Below are positions 48,795 through 58,569 of a DNA stretch of 64,000 nucleotides, piece after piece (within the stretch, counting starts at the first letter, position 1; the number at the start of each line of letters is the position of its first letter). A program made the position numbers and the translations under genes. The notes beneath the pieces were generated by a model. The model had not been told where the DNA came from, ran no database searches, and saw only the letters and a program-made list of their open reading frames with translations. Source of the stretch: Pirellulales bacterium (GTDB taxonomy: Bacteria > Planctomycetota > Planctomycetia > Pirellulales > Lacipirellulaceae); assembly GCA_963841515.1 (NCBI GenBank), contig CAWJDB010000010.1:431237-495236 (forward strand), read 5' to 3'.

Positions 48795-49697
48795 ATGGCG
48801 CGCACATTTCTCATTTTGTCCCTCGCTTGGTCCGCGTTCGTGGCTGACGTCGATCGAGCAGCCGCCGACGACGCGAATGCCCAGCAAGTTTTCGTAACGA
48901 TGGCCGACGGACGCAAGGCGGCAGGCGTGGTCGACCAGCGCACAGACGACCAAACTTTGTGGCTGCGGCAGACCGGCGACGGCATTGTGCTCACGACTGC
49001 GTTTGCGTGGAGTGATCTGGCTTCGGCGACGCTTGAAGGCGTCGCGGTGGATCCTGAGGCGCTTCGACAACGCCGCGACAAGCTAGCCACGGCCGATCCG
49101 CAACCTCTGTATGCAGCTGCGGCGGGACGGTCGGCGACGCCGGCGCCCCCACTGGCGATTGACCACGCAGCGCCTCGCTCCCGCGTGCGGATGCGAAACC
49201 TTGAAATCGTCGACTCCCTGCTCGTGAACCTCGACCGCGACGTGGAGCCCGACGGGCTACAGGTCGCCGTCGCCGCGATCGGCCAGGACGGATGGCCGAT
49301 GGCGGTGGCCGGGGAACTGACGGCCGAACTCGTTGGCGAACGGCGTCCGTGGCGCGTGGCGGAGGTCGACTATGGTCCGCTCGACCGTTGGAGCCAACCC
49401 GTCAAGCTGGCCGACTTCGTGGACGGCGCGGCGACCTACGTCTTGCCGTTTCGCCACACGGCGCCGGAATGGCGGTTCGATGTGCTCCCCGACGCCATTC
49501 TTTCAGTGCGGCTCGGCGCCGTGGGGCACGGCAACTTCGCGGCCTCGGCGCCCGTGGTAATTCGTCCGCTCAACCCGATGCGGGACAATCGGCAACTGCT
49601 CGACAAGACGCGGTTCATGCCCGGCGAGCTTCGCGGCCGTAATTCGCGCAATACTCTCGCGCCCGAGGACGGGCTGTGGTTGCACTGGACGCGGTAG
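48795..49697 (+). CDS. Hypothetical secreted protein
   Basis: Signal peptide MARTFLILSLAWSAFVADVDRAAA, no recognised domain. Confidence 0.4.
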   Translation: MARTFLILSLAWSAFVADVDRAAADDANAQQVFVTMADGRKAAGVVDQRTDDQTLWLRQTGDGIVLTTAFAWSDLASATLEGVAVDPEALRQRRDKLATADPQPLYAAAAGRSATPAPPLAIDHAAPRSRVRMRNLEIVDSLLVNLDRDVEPDGLQVAVAAIGQDGWPMAVAGELTAELVGERRPWRVAEVDYGPLDRWSQPVKLADFVDGAATYVLPFRHTAPEWRFDVLPDAILSVRLGAVGHGNFAASAPVVIRPLNPMRDNRQLLDKTRFMPGELRGRNSRNTLAPEDGLWLHWTR

Positions 49698-49998
49698 CTG
49701 GAACGCTATTTCCGCTTATCTTCGCGATCTATGCCCTCTTGGCGGCGTTCCAGCAGTTCTGCTGGAACCTCGGCGACGTCGTCGATGGCGTATGGTTGGG
49801 CGGCTCGAAGCGGCGCGTCATCGGCCGCCGGGACGGGTTCAGCGCGGCGATCAGGGCTTGTGCGGCCCTCCTCGCTGGCGCGGCGGTCGGCCTGCTCTCG
49901 ATTTTCGATGAGCGACTTGAGGTCGGCGGGAACGGTCAGTCGATTGGACATGGTGATTCTCCAGGGTCGGCCGGCGGGCGCGTCGTCCACGGGCTCCG

Positions 49999-51903
49999 TT
50001 ACGGCATGAGCAGCATGGGTTCCGTGGCGATCGTCTCGGGCGCGTCTTCAGGCGCCGGCACGGGTCGTAGCTCCTCGAACTGTTCGGTCATGCTCGGCAA
50101 TTCACACGGGGGGACATGGCCAAAGGCGTCGACGATGTCGCCATAGGCCCACCAATCTTCTCCCTTGTACTTCTCCTTGTGGTGGTTGAAGGTGTCGGGC
50201 AGCCGCGGCTCGTACGGGCGCGGATACGTGTGGATGCCGCCCCAGGTAAGCGGCTCAGTCGAGCGGATGAACTCAGCGTCGTTGCGCGCCTGCTCGATGG
50301 GGCAATACGGGAGCACATGCGGCAATAGCGTGACGATGATTTCGGACCGCGATCTTATGACCTGCCGCTTTTGAAACAGTACGCCCAAATACGGCACGTC
50401 GCCGAAGAATGGCAGCTTGCTTTGCACATTCGAGTCCTTTTCCTGAATTAGTCCACCGATGACTATGCCCTGGCCGTCGTTGAGCAACACGTCGGTCTCG
50501 GTCTCGGCCGTCCGCTCCGCCGGCAGCCCGGTGTCGGCGACGACCTGGCCGGTCGACACCTTGGGCATCACCCGCATAATGACGCGGCCGTCGCGGGTGA
50601 CGCGGGGAATAACCTTCAGCACGACGCCGACGTCAAGAAACTGCACGCTCTCCAACGTGCTGGTTTGCGTCGTGGTGGTCACGCGGTAGCCCAGCTTCTC
50701 GCCGATCTGAATGTGTGACTCCTGGCCGCTCACGACCAACAGCCGAGGTGAGGCGAGCGTCTTGGCGTCGGTCGTGTTCTTCAAGAGCTCGACCAGGCCG
50801 TCGAGGCCCGTCCCATCCGCGTCGATGAAAAACCCGGTCGTCGCGGATTCATTGGCGAAGCCGATGGACTTTAACGTGACGCCCGCACTAGACATGCTAA
50901 TCAGGTTGTTGAAGTTGACGCCGTTTTTGCAGTCGTCAGTCAGCTCCACTTGCAGGATGTGGGCCTCGATCATGACCTGCCGCGGCGGCTGGTCCGCCTG
51001 GCAAATGTAGTCGGCGATCCGCCCGAGGTACGCCGGGTAATCGACCACGGCAATGGCTTCTTTCGTCCTGCGATTGTCGGAGGAGTCGGTCTCGACGATC
51101 CACGAATGGCCGCCGCTGGATAGCAGTCCTTTGACCGCCTGATCGGCGTCGACGGCTGAGGCAAAGTCGAGCTCGAAGACTTCCACCTGCCGTCCCTCGG
51201 CGCCGGGCGGCATGCCGTCGGTGGCGTCTACCTTCGAGACGAAGATGATATTGCCGCGGGTCGTCCAAGCGTAGCTGGACGCAGACAGGAGCGAATCGAC
51301 GATCGTTTGCCAGGGCTGGCGATCGAACGAGGCGGTGACCTGCACATCGTCGGCGCCGGCGAAGACGATATTGAGCTTCTGGGTTTCCGCGATCATGGTG
51401 ATCACCTGTCGCAGCGAGCCCTGGCGGACCGTGAGCGAGACCAGGCCGTCCTTGTCGTCGTTGACCACCACGTTGTCCGACGGCGCGTTGAGAGGAATCA
51501 GAAGATTAGAGCTGGCTGGGGCCGGCGGGGAGGCTGGCGGCGCCTGAAGATTGGGATTGGGCAGCACTTCGGTCGGAGCGGAGGCGGGCTGTTGGGCGTT
51601 CATCCCCGCGGCTCGCAGCGCGGCCGAAAGCATGCCTTCAAGCTGCGCATTGGTCGGAGCGGCGGCCGGCGCCGCTGCGGCGCCCGATGCTTGAGGACCA
51701 GCGTACGGCTGGGCGGCAGGCGCCTGATAGACGGGGACCGGCTGCGGGCTGGGCTGCGCGGGAATGTACGCGGCCGGAGGCGTCGGCTCGGAAAATCGCG
51801 TCTGGGCCGATGCCAATCCGCCGGCGCACGCTGCCAGCGCCACGGCTGACGCCATGGCGGCGTAGCGCAAGCGGTGGCGCGGCAGTGTGAAAATCGCGCG
51901 CAT
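49999..51903 (-). CDS. pilQ: Type IV pilus secretin (secretin/GspD family)
   Basis: Secretin C-domain ...VLLNDGQGIVIGGLIQEKDSNVQSKLPFFGDVPYLGVLFQKRQVIRSRSEIIVTLLPHV, plus N-terminal domains. Confidence 0.75.
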   Translation of the reverse strand: MRAIFTLPRHRLRYAAMASAVALAACAGGLASAQTRFSEPTPPAAYIPAQPSPQPVPVYQAPAAQPYAGPQASGAAAAPAAAPTNAQLEGMLSAALRAAGMNAQQPASAPTEVLPNPNLQAPPASPPAPASSNLLIPLNAPSDNVVVNDDKDGLVSLTVRQGSLRQVITMIAETQKLNIVFAGADDVQVTASFDRQPWQTIVDSLLSASSYAWTTRGNIIFVSKVDATDGMPPGAEGRQVEVFELDFASAVDADQAVKGLLSSGGHSWIVETDSSDNRRTKEAIAVVDYPAYLGRIADYICQADQPPRQVMIEAHILQVELTDDCKNGVNFNNLISMSSAGVTLKSIGFANESATTGFFIDADGTGLDGLVELLKNTTDAKTLASPRLLVVSGQESHIQIGEKLGYRVTTTTQTSTLESVQFLDVGVVLKVIPRVTRDGRVIMRVMPKVSTGQVVADTGLPAERTAETETDVLLNDGQGIVIGGLIQEKDSNVQSKLPFFGDVPYLGVLFQKRQVIRSRSEIIVTLLPHVLPYCPIEQARNDAEFIRSTEPLTWGGIHTYPRPYEPRLPDTFNHHKEKYKGEDWWAYGDIVDAFGHVPPCELPSMTEQFEELRPVPAPEDAPETIATEPMLLMP

Positions 51904-51956
51904 GCCCCCCTCGAGCAAGCGGGATCAGGTTTTCGAAAAGACTTTTAGATCAGACT

Positions 51957-52463
51957 TCAGTCGGGATGGCGGAGTACGATGCCCGCCGACGAGATTCCTT
52001 GGATTTCCAATCCCCCCACTACATCTCCTACGCGGTACTGCTTGGCTCCGACCTGGGCGACGGTTTGGCCGTTGGTCGTGAAAATAATGGCATTCTGAGC
52101 GTTGCGTAATTCGTTGATCTCCGCGGCTTCCTCCGCAGGCGTGGCCAGGACGTCGGCCTCGCCGTCGTCGAACGGGTCAAACTTGGCCAGCTCGCCGGCC
52201 GGCGTTGGCGTCCAGTCGTGGTCTTCGGCAAACTCTCCAAACGTTCCATCCGCGGGCTTGGCGCCGGCGACAGCCCCGGACGTAGCGCCGTTCAGGGCGC
52301 TCGCGGCCGGTCGCTCGGCTCTCTCCGCCGGTCGGGCGTCGACGTCGCTCTCGTTCGAGCTGAAGTTGGAAGCCACGACGCCGATGAGGACGACTCCCAA
52401 TCCGGCGATCAATGCTAGCTTTCCCTTCGTGACGCCCCCGCGGGGCGGAGTCCTTCGAGCCAT
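51957..52463 (-). CDS. PilP-like pilus assembly lipoprotein
   Basis: Small ORF between the pilO-like and secretin genes, with an N-terminal TM/lipobox-like stretch. Confidence 0.4.
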   Translation of the reverse strand: MARRTPPRGGVTKGKLALIAGLGVVLIGVVASNFSSNESDVDARPAERAERPAASALNGATSGAVAGAKPADGTFGEFAEDHDWTPTPAGELAKFDPFDDGEADVLATPAEEAAEINELRNAQNAIIFTTNGQTVAQVGAKQYRVGDVVGGLEIQGISSAGIVLRHPD

Positions 52464-53056
52464 CAGGTTCCCCGCTTTACTTCTTTATCGTGGGTATCGG
52501 TACGGTAATACAGTTGAAACGTAATTTGTGCGGGATACGCCAAGGAATCGGGCGCCGTCGCGACCTCGAGGCGTGAGACCTTCGATATCTGGGGAAATTG
52601 GTCAACGGCGGCAAGGCACTGGCAAATGCTGGCGTAGCTGCCGCTCAAGCGGCAGCTGACTTCGACGCTCGCGTGGTCGGGATGGACCTCTGTGGCGCTG
52701 GCGCCGCACTGATCGATCTTCAGCCCCAGCGATGCGGCCGTTTCGGTGAATTGTTCGATGAACTTGCTGGGCTCGATGGCCGCGGGCATGCGGCGGCGCG
52801 TTTGCGCCGCCGCCTCGCGGAGACTGGCAAGCCGGTCGCTCAACTTGCGGTGCTCGTCAGTCACCTTGTCGCTGGTGGCAAGCAACCTCCGCAAGTGCGC
52901 GGACCGCTCGATGCGCTCCGCAACATCGCGCTGCCAGGGCGCGTACAAGCCTTGGTAAAACCCCATCACGACGGCCAACGCCAGGCCAGCGCCGGCGGCG
53001 TGAACCACCCAAGTGCTGGGCAAACTTGGCGATGCGGACTTAAATTTGGCGAACAT
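52463..53056 (-). CDS. PilO-like type IV pilus inner-membrane assembly protein
   Basis: Single TM then coiled-coil. Position in the operon. Confidence 0.5.
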   Translation of the reverse strand: MFAKFKSASPSLPSTWVVHAAGAGLALAVVMGFYQGLYAPWQRDVAERIERSAHLRRLLATSDKVTDEHRKLSDRLASLREAAAQTRRRMPAAIEPSKFIEQFTETAASLGLKIDQCGASATEVHPDHASVEVSCRLSGSYASICQCLAAVDQFPQISKVSRLEVATAPDSLAYPAQITFQLYYRTDTHDKEVKRGT

Positions 53057-53156
53057 GGCGGGGTGCGAACGTCAGCCCCCGGCTCTGCCGGGGGGTTCTG
53101 CGCTTCGGTTGGTCGGGCTTCAAATAACCCCCAGGCAGCGCCCGGGGCTGAGGTCC

Positions 53157-53759
53157 TCAAAAATCACATTCAATGCCGTAACTCTTGCGCGTGCCGCTGG
53201 GGTCGGCGGCGGTTTCGGTCGAGAGCAACTTGACCTCGGCCAGCGGCGGCTGGTTGAGGGTCTTTACAAATCGCTGGATGTCGTAGGCGACCGAGCTGGA
53301 TGCTTCGAGCGCCAGGCGACCTCCCTCGGCGGCCGCCGCGGCTTGCTCGTTGTTGACAGGGGTTTGAGTCAACGTCAGTCGCTTCAGGTACAGTTCACCG
53401 TCGCTTTGGGCGGCGGCTTGCCCCACCAGGCCCAACAGCGTCGACGGCGGTTGATCCTGCGCCAGCTGCAACGCCGTCCGCTCGTTGTGGACCAACGCGA
53501 CGGCTTCGTTACGAAGGCGGCGGGCGTCGAGAGTGAGCTGGTGGATCGGTTCGTATTGGACCTCCAAAGCTTCCTGCTCGGCGACCGCGGTCGAGCGCTC
53601 GTGCCAGGCGTAGGCGCCCAACGGAGCCAGCGCCAGCGCGACCAGCGCCAAGACAATCGCCCAGGCAACGGTAAATCGCGTGGCGGCAGCCCGAAACTGC
53701 GCCTTCTCCGACATCAAGTTGACGTAGTTGGCGTTGGCCATCACAGTCACATCGCCCAA
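53157..53759 (-). CDS. PilN-like fimbrial assembly protein
   Basis: N-terminal TM after a short cytoplasmic tail. Overlaps the pilM stop. Confidence 0.5.
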   Translation of the reverse strand: MGDVTVMANANYVNLMSEKAQFRAAATRFTVAWAIVLALVALALAPLGAYAWHERSTAVAEQEALEVQYEPIHQLTLDARRLRNEAVALVHNERTALQLAQDQPPSTLLGLVGQAAAQSDGELYLKRLTLTQTPVNNEQAAAAAEGGRLALEASSSVAYDIQRFVKTLNQPPLAEVKLLSTETAADPSGTRKSYGIECDF

Positions 53760-54790
53760 GCCAGCGCACTCAGGCCGAGCGCGGGCCCCAGCAGGTGGGC
53801 TGGGGGTAAGTGGTCGGCTTCCGAGCTCGTTTCGGGCGGCAAGTTCCAGATGCGAGTTTCGATCCCCAGCGCCTCGCTCATGCGCTCGGCGACGCCGACG
53901 AGCGACGCCCCGCCGCCGAACAAGTAAATGACTTCAGGCACAGCGTCGCGGGCCTGGCCGTGCCAATAGTGAAGCGTGCGTTTCAACTCGCGGTGGAATC
54001 GATCGAGCGGCTCGGCCACCACCGACGCCATCGTCGCGGCGCACTGGGCCGAGGCCCCGGGGCACGACAGCCCATATTTTTGGAGCAGCGCTTCGGCGTC
54101 GCGCTCGTCGAGCCGCAGCTCGGACTGAGCGGCGGCCACGATCGTCTGGTAACCGCAGTCCTTGAGCCGGCGCACCAGCGCCGGGGCGCCGCCGTGGACC
54201 AGGCACGCCGTGGCCGTCGAGTGGCCCCAGTCCACGGCCACGGCGGCCGTGGGCGGGTCGACGCGGTGGACCATGCCCACGGCGCGAGCCAGGGCCCACG
54301 GTAGGGCGTCGATGGCGCGGCAATGGCGGCCGGCCGCGGCCACGTCGGCGCTGACCTGGTCGGACCAGCGCCTGGGCGCCGTAACGACATTGAGCCGATC
54401 GGGCTTGAGCGGCGAGGGACGCCAATCCACGACGTGGTCTTCCAGGGTTTGGTGCGTTTCGGCCTCAATGGCTCTGAGCAGCGCTGCAGCGCCCCGCTTT
54501 TCGGCAATGGCCGCGTCCACTTGGGCCACTTCGCACAGCGGCATGGGAAGCACGATGCTCGCCGCGGCGCCCGAGAACCGATCGCCCACGGAGATCGCCG
54601 CCCGCAACTCATCGACGCTCGTGCGGGGCGTGCCCTCGGTAAGCATCGCGGCGTCCCATCGTTCCGGTCGCGGGATCACGGCGGCGGCGCGGATAAAGTA
54701 CTCGCCGGCCAGGCGCACCGCTTGCGCCGCCTTGACGCTCGTGGCCCCAAGGTCAAATCCAATCCAACCGGTTTTGCGCGTGCGAAGCAT
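53747..54790 (-). CDS. pilM: Type IV pilus assembly protein PilM (actin-like ATPase fold)
   Basis: WIGFDLGATSVKAAQ N-terminal motif. Confidence 0.65.
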   Translation of the reverse strand: MLRTRKTGWIGFDLGATSVKAAQAVRLAGEYFIRAAAVIPRPERWDAAMLTEGTPRTSVDELRAAISVGDRFSGAAASIVLPMPLCEVAQVDAAIAEKRGAAALLRAIEAETHQTLEDHVVDWRPSPLKPDRLNVVTAPRRWSDQVSADVAAAGRHCRAIDALPWALARAVGMVHRVDPPTAAVAVDWGHSTATACLVHGGAPALVRRLKDCGYQTIVAAAQSELRLDERDAEALLQKYGLSCPGASAQCAATMASVVAEPLDRFHRELKRTLHYWHGQARDAVPEVIYLFGGGASLVGVAERMSEALGIETRIWNLPPETSSEADHLPPAHLLGPALGLSALAWAM

Positions 54791-54837
54791 GGCAAGTGGA
54801 AAGGCCGTTAGTCTGCGCGATGAAATAACCAATTACC

Positions 54838-54900
54838 GAGTACTGAGTTCCGAGTACCGAGTACTGAGTACCAGGTAATAAGTACTGCGTCCTGGCATCA
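54838..54900. repeat. Low-GC palindromic tandem repeat of GAGTAC(T/C)GAGT units between pilM and pilC
   Basis: ccgagtactgagttccgagtaccgagtactgagtaccaggtaataagtactg. Confidence 0.5.
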
Positions 54901-54934
54901 CGCCGCTAACCAGTTGCTCCCTCCAATTCTCTGA

Positions 54935-56179
54935 TCACTCCCCTCCTTGCTGCAAACTCGACAAATCGAAAATGGGCAGCATGACCGACAGAACGACGAA
55001 CGCCACGATGGCCCCCATCACGACTGTGATCATCGGCTCGAGCAGGCGCACGAGCTGCTTCATCTTGTTTTCGGCTTCTTCCTCGTAGTAGGCGCCCAAC
55101 AGCAACGTGACCTCGCCCAGGTTGCCCGTCCGCTCGGCAGTGCCGATCATTTCGCGGGCCGAGGGTGGAATGATCTCCGTCTCCTGCAGCTTGGGTCCCA
55201 TGCCCTGGCCGTTGATCACGGAGTCGACCATCTCGTCCAGCAGGTCCTTGTAATGCAGATTGCTGACTGCCTCGCGGCAGAGCTTCAGGCCGTCCAGCAG
55301 GGTGACGCCGCTGGCCAATAGCAAGCCCATCATGCGGCACAGCCGACCGGTGAGCATGGGCCTCGTCACGCTGCTGATTTGCGGGCAGTTGATCAGGAAG
55401 CCGTCGATGCTGCGTCGCCCGTGCTCGGTGCGCCGCCACGCCAGGCCGCCCACGATCGCCCCCCCGAGTAGTGGAAACCATAGCCACCAACGGGTCTGGA
55501 TCTCGCTCGCCATGGCGATCAGTATCTCCGTGGTCACCGGCAGCTTGGCGTCGTACTGCTTGAAGATCTCCGCAAACCGCGGCAACACGACAACCACCAG
55601 CACGGTGATCACCGCCGAAGAGATGACCGTGAGCAGGATCGGATAGGTCATCAGCCCGACGATCGATCGGCGCAGCCGCAGCTCGTTGCGCTGCATGTCG
55701 GCTAGTTGCCGCAGGACCTCCGCCATGCGGCCCGAGGCCTCCGCGGCGGCGATTGTGGCGGTGTATGCTGCGTCGAATACATCGGGGTACTGCTTGAGCG
55801 ACTCCGAAAGCGTGTTGCCGCCGATCACCATCTCGTTGATGTCGTCCAGCACGCCTGCCAGGGCCGGCCGCTCGCATTGCGCGGAGAGGGAGGTGAGCGC
55901 CGACGACAGATCGACGCCGCTTTTGATCATGATCGCCAGTTGGGCGGTCATGTCGCAAACCTCTTGCTTGGACACTTTCCCGCGCTTGCCCTTCGACGGC
56001 GGCGCATCGACGTCGAAGACGTCGTTGTCACTGTGACCAAGTTCCGACAGCGCGTGCGACCCCGGGCCGGATCGCTCGAGCTTGGCCGGGGGTTTGCCCG
56101 ACGACCTAGCTGGCGGCGCGGCGGCGCCTCGATCTTTGACAGGTGGCGGCGTTTTGGTGAGTTGGGCGGCCATGGTCAA
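54935..56179 (-). CDS. pilC: Type II secretion system F-family platform protein (PilC)
   Basis: Two T2SSF repeats, 3 TM segments. Confidence 0.75.
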   Translation of the reverse strand: MTMAAQLTKTPPPVKDRGAAAPPARSSGKPPAKLERSGPGSHALSELGHSDNDVFDVDAPPSKGKRGKVSKQEVCDMTAQLAIMIKSGVDLSSALTSLSAQCERPALAGVLDDINEMVIGGNTLSESLKQYPDVFDAAYTATIAAAEASGRMAEVLRQLADMQRNELRLRRSIVGLMTYPILLTVISSAVITVLVVVVLPRFAEIFKQYDAKLPVTTEILIAMASEIQTRWWLWFPLLGGAIVGGLAWRRTEHGRRSIDGFLINCPQISSVTRPMLTGRLCRMMGLLLASGVTLLDGLKLCREAVSNLHYKDLLDEMVDSVINGQGMGPKLQETEIIPPSAREMIGTAERTGNLGEVTLLLGAYYEEEAENKMKQLVRLLEPMITVVMGAIVAFVVLSVMLPIFDLSSLQQGGE

Positions 56180-56276
56180 GTTTATGTCACTCCGAGGTCG
56201 GCCGGCGGGTCCGCGGAAACTGCCGCGGATCTCGGGGCGACGGGCGCCACGATCAGGTCAGGCTGGAAAGCCTGGC

Positions 56277-58062
56277 CTACTCGAAAAACGCCACGCGGGC
56301 GACTTCCTCCAAACTGGTTTCCTCGGCTTCGGCCAGGCGCATGCCGCATTCCAAGAGCGTGCAGTGGCCATGTTCGACGTGCCACTTGCGAATGGCCTCG
56401 ATGGACGGGTCGCGCGCGATCAGCCGCCGCAGCTCGGGGTCAGACGGCAGCACCTCGTAAATGCCCGTGCGCCCATGGAACCCAGTGTCGAAACACTCGC
56501 GGCAGCCCTCGCCGCGGGCGAAGCTGCGGCGTTTGTCGCCCTTGTAATGCAGCGCTTCGAGATATTCCGCCGCGGGGTAATAGGTGGTGCGGCACTTCGG
56601 ACATATTGACCGCACCAGCCGCTGGGCGACCACGCCGACCAGCGCCGCGGCGAGCTTGTAGCTCTCGACGCCCATGTCCATCAGCCGCAGCACGGCGCCG
56701 GCGCTGTCGTTGGTGTGCAGCGTGCTGAGCACCAGGTGGCCGGTCAGCGCCGCCTGCACCGCCACCTGCGCCGTCTCGGCGTCGCGGATTTCGCCGACCA
56801 TGATCACGTCCGGGTCTTGCCGCAAAATCGACCGCAGCGCCGCGGCGAAGCTCACGCCGCGCGTGCTTTCAATCTGCACTTGGTTGATCAGCTCGATCTG
56901 ATACTCGACCGGGTCCTCGACCGTCACGATGTTGCGGTGGACGCTCTTGATCAGCTCCAGGGCCGAGTAGAGCGTCGTGGTCTTGCCGCTGCCCGTGGGG
57001 CCGGTCACCAGCACCAGGCCGTACGGCTTGCGGAGCAAATCCTTGACAACCACCAGCACATCCTGGGGCATGCCCAGTTCGTCGAGGTTGAACGTGAGCC
57101 GGCCCTTGTCGAGCACGCGCATCACCACCTTCTCGCCCAGCACGGTGGGGAGAGTCGAAACGCGCAAGTCGACTTCCTTGCCGTCGGCCACCACCTGAAA
57201 GCGGCCGTCCTGCGGCAGGCGGTGCTCGGCGATGTCCATCTTCGCCATAACTTTGATGCGCGACACAATGGCCGGGTAAATGTCGCGGCGAGGGCGCAGC
57301 ACCTCGACGAGCTGGCCGTCGACGCGATAGCGCACCGTGGCAAACTTGCGACCGGGCTCGACGTGGATGTCGCTGGCGCACTTGCGAACGGCCTGCAGCA
57401 CCAGGTAATTCACCAGGTTGATGACCGGGCTGCCCTCGACCAGTTGGTGTACCGAGGCGACGTCCATCTCCGAAGCGTCGGCGCGGAGCTCGACCGCGGC
57501 GTCGTCCAGGTCGGCGGTCACGGCGTCGACATGGAAGTCGTCCTCGTACGCTCGCCGCATCATCCGCTCGATGGCGGCGCGGAAGGCGAACGCCGGGCGG
57601 ACCGTCAGCCCCGTGGTCCGCTCAATGCGGTCGATCTTCTCGAGATCCAGCGGGTCGTCGGTGACGACCGTCAGCTCGTCCCGCACGCGAAACAGCGCAA
57701 TCACGCTGTGCCGCTCGGCGAACTGACGCGGCAATACATGCACGGCCTGCGGATCGAGCAGGCCTTCGCGCAGCCGTACGGCGGGCACGCCGAGCTGCGA
57801 CTCGATGAACGGCAGCAGCTCCTCTTCAGTGACGAAGCCCAGATCGAGCAGCACCTCGCCGAGCCGCTCGCCGCTTTCGGCCTGACGGCTCAGCGCGGCT
57901 TCCAGCTCCTTCTCGTCGAGCAGGTTGGCCCCGACCAGCCGCTGCCCCAGCGGGCTGCGCGCAGCGGCGACTGGACCAGCGCGTCGGCCATGTCCGCATC
58001 GAGCGGAGCCAGCTCGTGGCCGACCCCTGGGCGGTCGGCAATTGGTTCGGCGACCGTATTCA
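56277..58062 (-). CDS. pilB: Type IV pilus assembly ATPase PilB (GspE family); probable frameshift near 57965 at the 5' end
   Basis: Walker A VLVTGPTGSGKTTTLYSAL, Asp box, His box, tetracysteine motif. The N-terminal GSPII_E_N-like part is LGQRLVGANLLDEKELEAALSRQ. The likely native start MNTVAEPIADRP... is in another frame. Confidence 0.75.
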
Positions 58063-58069
58063 TTCCGCA

Positions 58070-58396
58070 AAACTTCCCACGGCGCGTCTTCACCAGTCCG
58101 TATTGCTCAAACTTGTAACCCACGCCGGTGAGGCGCAGAATGTCGCCGCACAACGCGTTGACCGCGGCTAACTTGATGGCCCCCCCGCGGGCTTCCACCC
58201 GATCGCGCAGCTCCACCAGCGCTTCCAGGCCCGCGCTGTCCAACAGCGGCGCCTCGTGCATGTCGACCACGACCATCGGCCGACCTTGACCAAGCTTGCC
58301 CAGGGCGCTCTTGCGGAAGTCCTCGGCCTGCGCGACCGTGAGCGGACCAACGGGCCGCACGACGGTGACCGCGCCTTGCTTTTCGACGGTGACCAT
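58070..58396 (-). CDS. STAS-domain protein (anti-sigma-factor antagonist-like)
   Basis: MVTVEKQGAVTVVRPVGPLTVAQAEDFRKSA...LLDSAGLEALVELRDRVEARGGAIKLAAVNALCGDILRLTG. There is no stop before the pilB start in the same frame. Confidence 0.55.
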
Positions 58397-58569
58397 GGGG
58401 GCGCCCCTGTTTCATCGACTCGGACGGCTAATCCGCACGCAATCCCACGTTCCTAGCCGCCGGCGGGAGCCGGCGTCCTCTCTCCCTCGACCGCCGGCTT
58501 CCGCCGGCGGCTATCATGCCATTGGCCTCCTCCGCCGGCGTGATTGGCCGCCGACCGAGCGTTCATCCA

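Noticed and set aside
57890-58396. 168-aa ORF as a single STAS-PilB-N-terminus fusion protein
   Set aside because: The STAS domain is complete by about 110 aa. The continuation reflects a missing stop or a frameshift in an indel-prone region, not a demonstrable fusion.
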